Assembly (NCBI GenBank): GCA_964605455.1
Contig: CAZSCZ010000002.1
Location: forward strand, 1 to 37,990
Source of the DNA: an uncultured Spirochaetia bacterium
GTDB taxonomy: Bacteria > Spirochaetota > JAHITG01 > JAFGFC01
DNA: 37,990 nt
Direction of reading: 5' to 3'
Shown here: in pieces, positions 8,583-16,318 of the stretch
How the letters are laid out: each line of letters starts with the position of its first letter
Position numbering within the stretch: position 1 is the first letter of the stretch
Notes under the pieces: generated by a model
The model's database searches: none
Seen by the model: only the letters and a program-made list of their open reading frames with translations
Told to the model about the DNA's origin: nothing
Program-made: the position numbers and the translations under genes

Positions 8583-8670
8583 TTTGAAAAAATAACAATA
8601 TAAAAATTGAATGTCAACAAAAATTTTTTGAAAAAATAACAATATAAAAATTAAATGTCAACAAAAATCT
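8583..8670 (-). promoter_or_regulatory. tandemly duplicated 44-bp unit, each carrying TTGACA-N17-TATTTT
   Basis: Units 8583-8626 and 8627-8670 differ at 3 positions. The -35 boxes (plus-strand TGTCAA) are at 8612-8617 and 8656-8661. They are oriented toward the OMP gene, giving leaders of about 110 and about 155 nt. Confidence 0.55.
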
Positions 8671-8908
8671 TCTCTCGCACTTGAATTTAAATACAAAATG
8701 TTACACTTTATTACTAATACAAAAAAAGGGGGAAGATATATCGCCGAAAAGATAAGCCGTTTTAAAACAACCCAATATGAAGGATTACATCACCCTACAA
8801 ATAATCAATATGGAGAAACAAACATTGGAAAAAACCTTAAAATAGTTAGGAATAACACAAATTTTTCCTTCTATAATTCCTAACTGTTTATTTTAGCACA
8901 TTAAATTT

Positions 8909-9955
8909 TTAAAGGATTTCATAATATTTTAAATTTAGGAGTGAAACAAGATTTTTTATCTCTATTCGTTTTAGTAAAAGATATGCTATTACTATACCTA
9001 TAGTAAATGGATATCCAACAAGTGTATTTTTCACTTCTATCATAAGTATCTGATTTAACATATCTTCTATTAAAGTCATTTTATTTTTAAAGTTTAATTC
9101 TTTTTCTATTTTTTGTAAAATTTGCTGTGTAAGATAATTAGGCATTCCAGAAAAAAGTTTCAAATAATCTGTCTCAAATTTTTCTGACATATAAAAATTT
9201 ATAAGAAATTCCTTAGAAAATTTCCAGCCCGATGATATTATATTTTCTATTGCACTATCTGCTTTAAGATTATAATAATTTTTATATCGGATAAGCCAAA
9301 TTAAATTTTGAATATCAATTTCAAATCCTATAAATTTTTGAACAATTTTTTGGTCTCTTTTTGCTAAAAGTGAAATAGAAGAAAATACTTCAAAGAAATA
9401 TCCCTTATCAAGTGAAATTTCAAGATAAAATAATGAGCCTGTTTTTTTAAAATCATCAAGTCCTGAGCACATATAATTAAAAAAAGGGGTGTTTATAATA
9501 TATTTTCTGAACTCATCTATATCTTGAGATGCAATCAATTTTTCAACAGGTATTTCATAACATATTTTTTCTTTGTATATATATCCATCAATATTTGAAG
9601 TATTTTCTCGTTTAAACCAGGCTCGTAAAATATTTTTAAGGTTTTCTATTTCCAGCTTCTCCATAAGCTTAAATATAAATCTTTTTAAATTTCGTTCAGA
9701 AATATAATTGTAGATTTCTTGATATATTCTTATAAGATATTTAAATAGCTCAAATTCAATATTTGTTATATCTTTTAATTTATTTTCTTTTGAGATATAT
9801 CCTTTTTCAATGAGAGAATTTATAATTTCGTAACAATTTTTATGTAAGCGCATATCTTCAAATTCTTTATCTGAAATTATATTTCCTATTTTACTTCTTA
9901 TTTTGGCGTTAAGAAAGCCATATTTAGACAGGTCTTTAAACATTTTTTCATTCAA
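8909..9955 (-). CDS. V-type ATP synthase subunit C (AC39 / V0-d family)
   Basis: 348 aa. N-terminus ...YGFLNAKIRSKIGNIIS matches the YxYLNARVR start of AC39 proteins. The C-terminus ...GYPFTIGIVIAYLLLKRIEIKNLVSLLNLKYY matches the family's conserved end, judged from memory of Thermus subunit C. Confidence 0.7.
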   Translation of the reverse strand: MNEKMFKDLSKYGFLNAKIRSKIGNIISDKEFEDMRLHKNCYEIINSLIEKGYISKENKLKDITNIEFELFKYLIRIYQEIYNYISERNLKRFIFKLMEKLEIENLKNILRAWFKRENTSNIDGYIYKEKICYEIPVEKLIASQDIDEFRKYIINTPFFNYMCSGLDDFKKTGSLFYLEISLDKGYFFEVFSSISLLAKRDQKIVQKFIGFEIDIQNLIWLIRYKNYYNLKADSAIENIISSGWKFSKEFLINFYMSEKFETDYLKLFSGMPNYLTQQILQKIEKELNFKNKMTLIEDMLNQILMIEVKNTLVGYPFTIGIVIAYLLLKRIEIKNLVSLLNLKYYEIL

Positions 9956-10256
9956 CCGTGATAAAGGTCTTAAATAAATTTTCAGTTAAGGAATCTAATT
10001 TGTCATCTGGGATTTTATATTTTCCAGAACTTTCAAATTCTTCTAATTTATTTTTGCGTTCTTTTTCTGCGTCTGTTATTGTAGACTTTATAAGTTCCTC
10101 TGATTGCTGACGAGCAAGTTTTATTGCCTCATTTATAATCTGTGAGGCTTTTTCATCTGCCTCTTTTTTTATCTGTTCAGCTTTTTTCTTAGCTTCTTCT
10201 ATTGAGTTCTGAACATTCTCTTCTTCTTTTAAAATTCTTTTTATTGCTTCTTGCAT
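9948..10256 (-). CDS. V-type ATP synthase subunit H/G-like coiled-coil protein
   Basis: 102 aa with an uninterrupted E/K/A-rich helix (EEAKKKAEQIKKEADEKASQIINEAIKLARQQSEE). Overlaps the subunit C gene by 8 nt. The call rests on composition and context only. Confidence 0.5.
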   Translation of the reverse strand: MQEAIKRILKEEENVQNSIEEAKKKAEQIKKEADEKASQIINEAIKLARQQSEELIKSTITDAEKERKNKLEEFESSGKYKIPDDKLDSLTENLFKTFITVE

Positions 10257-10346
10257 AGTAATTATTTCTAAAATTAAAAAATAAAATTACTAATTCTGCT
10301 ACCTAAGTCTCTAATATTATACTTAATATCAATATCTCTCAATTTC

Positions 10347-10374
10347 AAAATACAAAATTAAAATTTGTGGTCAA
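10347..10374 (-). promoter_or_regulatory. sigma-70-type promoter TTGACC-N16-TATTTT for the V-ATPase H/C pair
   Basis: Reverse strand: tttttgTTGACCacaaattttaattttgTATTTTg. Same architecture as the other promoters in the window. Confidence 0.4.
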
Positions 10375-10385
10375 CAAAAAAACTT

Positions 10386-11567
10386 TTATCTCGTTACAAC
10401 ACCCATTACATTTTTCTCTTTCCAGTAAGCAATATCATTTATTTCTATAGATTTATCTGTTTTAAATTCTTCATCTATTTTACAATAACAATAGCTATCA
10501 TAAACAGTAATTACTTTTAACACTCCCTTAAATTTATTTACATCCATTCCAATAACTTCTCCTGTAAAAGGATTTTTACGCTCTTCGTAAACCTCTATGG
10601 ATGTGCCTATAGTAATGCCCTGTGATGCTCCCATATTTACTTTAAAAATTTTATCAAAATTAAAGGCTTTTATATAGTTTGAAATCTCTTTTATATAAAT
10701 CTGATTTTCTTTTTCATAAGAGCAATATTTATTATTCTTTGAAATTTTGGGAGTAAATATGCCATATTCATTTAGAATTTTTATTTTAAGGTGCGTAGGA
10801 ATATGAACAAGATAAAGCCCACCATTCTTAAGGATATATATTAGGAAATTATTATCTGGTGAAACAGAAAAATCAATTATTTCATCATTTTCATCCACAA
10901 TTATAATTTCTTTATAAACATTCAAGTCCAGATCAAACAATTTTATCTTAGAACTATCTGTATCCTGAAATACGATTTTATTGGAAGTTTTAAATGGAAA
11001 TACATTTTTAATAAAGTTTGTTGTAATTACTTTCATTTGAAGATTTTTATCAAAAGCAGACAGAAAGAATTCCTCATTAAAAAATATTATTGCTTTATCT
11101 TTATTAATAAATGCAGGCTTTTTGCCTTTGCCCAAGAGTGAATTCTCACCTGTTTCTAAGTCTAATAGATAGATTTCTGTTCCATCAGAATATACGATTT
11201 TTTTACCATTATAGCTTAAATCTATATCCACTACTTCATCTGCAGCTAAAGTATAAGATTTTTTTGAGTCTGGGCTAAAGTAAATATCAACTTTATCCTT
11301 GCGTGCTGTAACTATTTTCTTTCCATCAAATGACCATACAGGAACTACACCTGTATCATAGAATAATGTTATACCAGTTTTTTCTTTTATATTATATATT
11401 TTCCATATTTTTTTACCAGTGCTTTTCCCATACACAGAATAAAGGAACTCATTTTCATCTTCTGTGGACCAGATAATGTGATTTCCTTTAATAATGATAG
11501 GATAAACTGAATTTAAATTTACATAAAATATACAGGCTATGATTAAAAAAATTATTTTTTTAATCAT
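10386..11567 (-). CDS. secreted TolB-like (PD40/WD40-like) beta-propeller protein with a small C-terminal beta domain
   Basis: Preferred start is ATG 11567, preceded by GGGAGGG plus 5 nt; the track start 11600 has no RBS. Signal peptide MIKKIIFLIIACIF. Repeats of the type FDGKKIVTA / YNGKKIVYSDGTEIYLLDLETGE. Confidence 0.5.
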   Translation of the reverse strand: MIKKIIFLIIACIFYVNLNSVYPIIIKGNHIIWSTEDENEFLYSVYGKSTGKKIWKIYNIKEKTGITLFYDTGVVPVWSFDGKKIVTARKDKVDIYFSPDSKKSYTLAADEVVDIDLSYNGKKIVYSDGTEIYLLDLETGENSLLGKGKKPAFINKDKAIIFFNEEFFLSAFDKNLQMKVITTNFIKNVFPFKTSNKIVFQDTDSSKIKLFDLDLNVYKEIIIVDENDEIIDFSVSPDNNFLIYILKNGGLYLVHIPTHLKIKILNEYGIFTPKISKNNKYCSYEKENQIYIKEISNYIKAFNFDKIFKVNMGASQGITIGTSIEVYEERKNPFTGEVIGMDVNKFKGVLKVITVYDSYCYCKIDEEFKTDKSIEINDIAYWKEKNVMGVVTR

Positions 11568-11602
11568 AAAATCCCTCCCGAAATAAGATTTTAATATCAA
11601 TA

Positions 11603-12763
11603 CTAATATGCAGTAAGCATTATATTTAAAATATCCTCTTTTGAAATAGGCGTAGGCGTATAATTTAAAAAGCTATATCTTCTTGCCACACTTGAAATGA
11701 GAGGAAGGTCTTCTTTGTTAACTTTGTAATCACTTAATTTTTGAGGAACTTTTAAATCAAAAAGTAGCTTTCTTACTCCTTCAATAGCTTTTATTGCAGC
11801 TTCAACCACTGTTATGTTTGAAATATCTTCACCAAGTGCTTTTGCAATTTGCACGTATTTATTAGGAGCAGTAGTAAGATTAAATTCCATTACATGAGGG
11901 AGTATAATTGCGTGTGCTATATTCTGATAAATACCTGATTTAGCAGAGAGTGCCAAAGCCATTGCTTCACAGCTCCCTGGCTTTGATGTTAAAAGAGAAA
12001 ATCCTACTAAAACAGATGCCATCATAAGATTTGACCGGGTTGTCAAATCTTCCCTATTCAAAAAAACTGTTCTTAAATTTTTCCCTATAAATTCAATAGC
12101 TCTTAAAGCAAGTGCATCTGAAACAGGATTAGATGCAGCTGAAATATAAGATTCAACTGCATTTGACAAAATAGCAAATCCAGACCCAACGGTATAATTT
12201 ACAGGAAGTGATATAGTAATCTTAGGGTCTATTAATGAAATTAAAGGGAAAAGGGATTTATTTTTAAACTCTTTTTTAATGTTATCATTGCTATCTTTTA
12301 ATATAAAATTATCTGTAAATGCTTGAGCAACACCCGGGATTGTCGGAATTGTTATTACAGGGACAGATTCATCTTTTCCAATTTTACCATTAATATATTC
12401 AACTATAGACCCTTCATTTTTAGCAAGATATGCAGCAGCTTTTGCAGCATTTATTACACTTCTTCCACCTAAAGCAATTACAAGTTTTGCTCTTGATTCT
12501 TCAAGCAAAGTTCCAGCCTCATCTATAACTTCATTTGAAGGGTCGCGAGTAATATTATCATATAAAATGTATTCTACCCCACTTTTTTCAAGCAACAATT
12601 CTATTTTTGGTAAAAGCCCTATCTTCCTCATTACATCCCCATCGGTAATTATAAAAACTTTGTTGGTATATTCAACTGCAGTCTCGCCAATTCTATTTAT
12701 CACATCAACACCAAATATTATTCTTGTAGGAAGAGTAAATTCAATTGAGCTTAAAATAGGCAT
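11603..12763 (-). CDS. iron-containing alcohol dehydrogenase family homologue, probably lacking the metal site
   Basis: Length and overall pattern fit Fe-ADH (PF00465): ...LVIALGGRSVINAAKAAA..., ...ITIPTIPG..., ...ILPHVMEFN.... The canonical Asp/His ligand positions appear substituted (see finding). Confidence 0.7.
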   Translation of the reverse strand: MPILSSIEFTLPTRIIFGVDVINRIGETAVEYTNKVFIITDGDVMRKIGLLPKIELLLEKSGVEYILYDNITRDPSNEVIDEAGTLLEESRAKLVIALGGRSVINAAKAAAYLAKNEGSIVEYINGKIGKDESVPVITIPTIPGVAQAFTDNFILKDSNDNIKKEFKNKSLFPLISLIDPKITISLPVNYTVGSGFAILSNAVESYISAASNPVSDALALRAIEFIGKNLRTVFLNREDLTTRSNLMMASVLVGFSLLTSKPGSCEAMALALSAKSGIYQNIAHAIILPHVMEFNLTTAPNKYVQIAKALGEDISNITVVEAAIKAIEGVRKLLFDLKVPQKLSDYKVNKEDLPLISSVARRYSFLNYTPTPISKEDILNIMLTAY

Positions 12764-12791
12764 AATTTTATCTCTAACATTTTAATAAAAT

Positions 12792-12832
12792 AAAAGACGG
12801 TGGTAGAAACAGTCGCTCTACCACCGTCTTTT
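12792..12832 (-). terminator. strong hairpin terminator after flgM (could act in both directions)
   Basis: 16-bp perfect stem AAAAGACGGTGGTAGA (12792-12807) / TCTACCACCGTCTTTT (12817-12832) with a 9-nt loop. A/U-rich flanks on both sides. Confidence 0.8.
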
Positions 12833-12881
12833 AAAATCTATGTTATCATATTACTTGCCAACCTTTCCTAATTTCTAAATT

Positions 12882-13211
12882 TTATTCTGGCTCATCTGCA
12901 CCTAACTTATCCAGTATTTTATCTCCTATTAGAAATTTCTCTGATAACCTCTCTGCTACAGCTTCTATTATCTCCTTTGTAATAAGCTTTCCTTGCGCCA
13001 ATTTCTCTTTTGCAATTCTTACTTTATCTTCTCTTATATCAGATACACCCTTCACAATCTCTTTATACTTCTCGAATTCCGCCATTCGTTTTGCTTCTTC
13101 TGAAAGTGAAACCTCATCCTTTCTCTTTATATCTTTTAAATTTTTAATCTTTCTTGTCTTCTGTGAATGAATTATTTGTTTTATACCTTCTATACCTTTT
13201 ATATCCATCAT
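12882..13211 (-). CDS. flgM: anti-sigma-28 factor FlgM
   Basis: 109 aa. ...EVSLSEEAKR... then a C-terminal helix DIREDKVRIAKEKLAQGKLITKEIIEAVAERL, typical of the FlgM sigma-28-binding region. SD AAGGTGG. Confidence 0.7.
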   Translation of the reverse strand: MMDIKGIEGIKQIIHSQKTRKIKNLKDIKRKDEVSLSEEAKRMAEFEKYKEIVKGVSDIREDKVRIAKEKLAQGKLITKEIIEAVAERLSEKFLIGDKILDKLGADEPE

Positions 13212-13233
13212 ATTTTACCACCTTTCAATTGAT

Positions 13234-13261
13234 TTATCGTCATTTTAGAATCTTTTCTTTA
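13234..13261 (-). promoter_or_regulatory. sigma-28 (FliA)-type promoter TAAAG-N-GACGATAA upstream of flgM
   Basis: Reverse strand: tTAAAGaaaagattctaaaatGACGATAAatc. Consensus is TAAA-N15-GCCGATAA; here the spacer is 16 nt with one mismatch in the -10 element. It lies about 20 nt before the flgM SD. Confidence 0.45.
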
Positions 13262-13948
13262 ATAAATTTTTGGATTGAATATAATTACATATTCTCCTTT
13301 AATATTATCGTCAGTTTTACTTAATATATTATCTATATTAGATATTTTAATACATTCAAAAGCTTTTGTCAACTCTTTAAATAAAAAAATTTTTAAATTT
13401 CCAAAATAATCTTTTAATAAATTAAGTGTTTTTTTGACTCTATGTGGAGATTCGTATAAAATAACATTCCACTCTAAATTTTCAATTTTTTTCAAAATCT
13501 TATTTCGTTTTTTGGCACTCCGTGGGAGAAATCCAATGAATAGAAATGGAACTGATGCAATACCTGAAACAGAAAGCGCAGCAACAAAAGCTGAAGGACC
13601 AGGAACAGGAATAACAGGTATTCTATTTTTATGACATTCTGATACAAGATAGTTCCCCGGATCAGAAATACACGGAGTCCCACTTTCACTTATAAGTGCT
13701 ATGTTTTTACCATTCAAAAGCTTATTTATTACTCTTGGGGTCTTTTTATATTCATTCCCTACAAAAAAACTTTCAATATGTTTCTTTATATTATAATAAT
13801 TTAGTAACTTGAGAGCTCTTCTTGTATCTTCAGCTAAAATTATATCAACTTTATTTAATATTTCAATTGCACGAAAAGTTATATCTTTAAGATTACCAAT
13901 GGGGGTAGCTACAACAAATAATTTACCTAAAGTAATATTATCTTCCAT
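13259..13948 (-). CDS. rsmI: 16S rRNA (cytidine1402-2'-O)-methyltransferase
   Basis: LFVVATPIGNLKDITFRAIEILNKVDIILAEDTR..., ...SESGTPCISDPG.... Tetrapyrrole-methylase fold typical of RsmI. Confidence 0.85.
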   Translation of the reverse strand: MEDNITLGKLFVVATPIGNLKDITFRAIEILNKVDIILAEDTRRALKLLNYYNIKKHIESFFVGNEYKKTPRVINKLLNGKNIALISESGTPCISDPGNYLVSECHKNRIPVIPVPGPSAFVAALSVSGIASVPFLFIGFLPRSAKKRNKILKKIENLEWNVILYESPHRVKKTLNLLKDYFGNLKIFLFKELTKAFECIKISNIDNILSKTDDNIKGEYVIIFNPKIY

Positions 13949-14340
13949 TAATATATATTTTTTCTACGCTGATATACATTATTCCTAATAATATCAGAAT
14001 GAAGTTCCTTCGGATTTATACCTGTAACTTTATTTATTTCCTTTAATATTTTTTCATAATTCTTTATCCTGAAAAATTTAAAGAAAGCAAGAATTTTATT
14101 AATTTCTTCTTCATTCAATTCTATTTTTGTAAGTGATATTGATTTTGAGGTATTATGTGTATAAATTCTCCCCACAACAATATTATTAGTTGTTTTTATT
14201 GTAAGATATTTATGAGTATCAAAATTTGGCTCATATTTTTTATACTTTTTCAATTCTGTATCTGCATGAATTTTATCAAAAACAAATTTATACCCATATT
14301 TTTTTAATATAGTATTTATAATACTAGCTTTTACCTTCAC
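13948..14340 (-). CDS. hypothetical protein, 130 aa, GTG start
   Basis: ORF preceded by AAGGAGAA. Its stop overlaps the rsmI start. No motif recognised. Confidence 0.45.
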   Translation of the reverse strand: MKVKASIINTILKKYGYKFVFDKIHADTELKKYKKYEPNFDTHKYLTIKTTNNIVVGRIYTHNTSKSISLTKIELNEEEINKILAFFKFFRIKNYEKILKEINKVTGINPKELHSDIIRNNVYQRRKNIY

Positions 14341-14380
14341 TTAATTCTCCTTAAATAATTTTAAAAAAATTCAATATTAA

Positions 14381-14408
14381 ATATCGGCAATGAGAATTGA
14401 AAAATTTA
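14381..14408 (-). promoter_or_regulatory. sigma-28-type promoter TAAA-N16-GCCGATAT upstream of the 130-aa ORF / rsmI / flgM
   Basis: Reverse strand: gTAAAtataaatttttcaattctcattGCCGATATtta. GCCGATAT is a G+C-rich 8-mer, rare in this AT-rich DNA, and sits 40 nt before GTG 14340. Confidence 0.4.
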
Positions 14409-14411
14409 TAT

Positions 14412-16160
14412 TTACTTTACTTTGTATTTTTTCTCTAAATATAGATATCGCTTTATTTTTCTTGTTGAAGTTTTTGCAAGTTCTTCAGGATGAATTTTGA
14501 AATCTGTTACACGTTTATATGGTGGAAATTTAGCGCAGGCTTTTCGAATCTCATTATTTATAAGATGTTGAATCTTTTCGTTAGTAAATTTTATGCCCAA
14601 TTTTCGGCTATGTTCATCAATTGCCTGATAATCTGGAACAATCAAAGCTGAAATTGTTTCGCTTTTGTCCTTTTCAGAAATCTGCTCTCCATATACCATT
14701 GATTCAAGTATAAATGGAGATGCATTAAGTTTTTCTTCTATCTCTTCTGGAAATACATTTTTTCCACCTGCTGTCACAATTACATTCTTTTTTCTCCCAG
14801 TAATATAAATAAAACCATCTTTATCAATATATCCTAAATCACCTGTATAAAACCACTTATTTTTTAATACTTTTTTAGTCTCTTTTCTGTCTCTATAATA
14901 TCCTTTCATAACAATATCACCTTTAACAAGGATTTCGCCTATTCCATTTTCATCAGGGTTATCAATCTTAACTTCTAATTCCGGGAGAGGAAGTCCAACA
15001 GAATAATAATTCATATGCTCAAGTGTGCTTACAGACACAACAGGTGAAGTTTCTGTTAAACCATACCCCTGTAGTATTGTTAATCCCAAATCATCAAATG
15101 CCTCTGCAATATCTGGACGAAGTGGACCACCACCACTAACAAAAAATCTTATTGTAGATAATCCTGCTTTCTCACGCAGAGATTTAAAGACCTTTTGTCC
15201 TATTTTTTTACCAGTAAGCTTACGGACCGCTTTTACAATAAACATACTGAGAAAAAATATTAATTGCACATATAATGGCTTCTCTTTTATTGCCTTTACA
15301 ATCCCTTTATATAATTTTTCAAATAGAAGCGGAACTCCTAACATAAGTGTAACATTTGTCTCTTTAATATTAGCAATAATATTTGCAGATTTAAGACTTT
15401 CTGCATAAGTTATTGTTGCACCATTATAAAGAGGAGTTAAAAACCCCGCTGTGCATTCAAATGAATGATGAATTGGTAAAACTGAAAGAAAAGTATCATT
15501 CTCATCAAACAATAACATCTGAGAAGCAAGTTCAATATCAGAAATAATATTTTTATGTGTCAGCATTACACCTTTGGCAACTCCTGTAGTTCCAGATGTA
15601 TATAATATAGCAAGAAGCGTATCCTGCCTGGGCTTAGGCATAAAAATTTTTTTTATCTTTTCACCTTTATCAATTAAATCATCTAATGTTATTATATTTT
15701 TCTCTATTTTTACCTCATCAAAACATATAATCTTTTTCAGGCTTTTCACTTCTTTCCATATCTCTTTTACATTATCAATATACCGCTTGGAAGTAAAAAT
15801 AAATTTTGTTTTAGAATGATTTAAAATATATTCAAGTTCTGATGGATTAAGCTGAGCATCTAATGGAACAACAACTCCGCCTGCACGAGCAATACCAAGA
15901 TATGCTATTCCCCACTCAGGCCGATTTTCACTATAAATCCCAACCCTTTCCTTTGGAAATAAAATCATTTTTCTTAAAGCTTTAGCTACTGCATTTAATT
16001 TATTCCAGAGCTCCTCATAAGTAATTTTTTCATATATATCTTGTATCTTCATTTGAAGTGCAACTTTTTTACTATATTGCTTACAACTCTTTTCAACCAT
16101 TTCAAGCACAGTCTTATAACCCTTTCTTCCTCTAACAATATAATCTTCAGGCTTTAACAT
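14412..16160 (-). CDS. long-chain fatty acid--CoA ligase (AMP-dependent synthetase)
   Basis: AMP-binding motif YTSGTTGVAKGV, plus GYGLTE and the C-terminal ...TSTRKIKR. Preferred start is ATG 16160, preceded by GGAGGG plus 7 nt; the track start 16175 is a TTG inside that SD region. Confidence 0.85.
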   Translation of the reverse strand: MLKPEDYIVRGRKGYKTVLEMVEKSCKQYSKKVALQMKIQDIYEKITYEELWNKLNAVAKALRKMILFPKERVGIYSENRPEWGIAYLGIARAGGVVVPLDAQLNPSELEYILNHSKTKFIFTSKRYIDNVKEIWKEVKSLKKIICFDEVKIEKNIITLDDLIDKGEKIKKIFMPKPRQDTLLAILYTSGTTGVAKGVMLTHKNIISDIELASQMLLFDENDTFLSVLPIHHSFECTAGFLTPLYNGATITYAESLKSANIIANIKETNVTLMLGVPLLFEKLYKGIVKAIKEKPLYVQLIFFLSMFIVKAVRKLTGKKIGQKVFKSLREKAGLSTIRFFVSGGGPLRPDIAEAFDDLGLTILQGYGLTETSPVVSVSTLEHMNYYSVGLPLPELEVKIDNPDENGIGEILVKGDIVMKGYYRDRKETKKVLKNKWFYTGDLGYIDKDGFIYITGRKKNVIVTAGGKNVFPEEIEEKLNASPFILESMVYGEQISEKDKSETISALIVPDYQAIDEHSRKLGIKFTNEKIQHLINNEIRKACAKFPPYKRVTDFKIHPEELAKTSTRKIKRYLYLEKKYKVK

Positions 16161-16280
16161 AATGGCACCCTCCAAAATATATAGTTATTAAAGACTACAA
16201 TAATTAATCTTAAATGTCAAATCTTTATATAATAGAACATTCTATTTCTTTATGATAATGCCCCAAAATACTAAATCACC

Positions 16281-16309
16281 TTGACATAATTAAAAATATT
16301 TATTATCCT
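16281..16309 (+). promoter_or_regulatory. TTGACA-N17-TATCCT promoter 9 nt upstream of ATG 16319
   Basis: ccTTGACAtaattaaaaatatttatTATCCTatcatcaatATG. No SD is present. Confidence 0.4.
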
Positions 16310-16318
16310 ATCATCAAT

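Noticed and set aside
8698-8883. 61-aa plus-strand ORF in the spacer between the V-ATPase C gene and the OMP promoters
   Set aside because: It has no SD and no convincing promoter, its composition is low-complexity Asn/Lys/Thr, and it overlaps a possible weak terminator hairpin (8845-8853/8876-8884) for the V-ATPase C gene. I treat it as non-coding.
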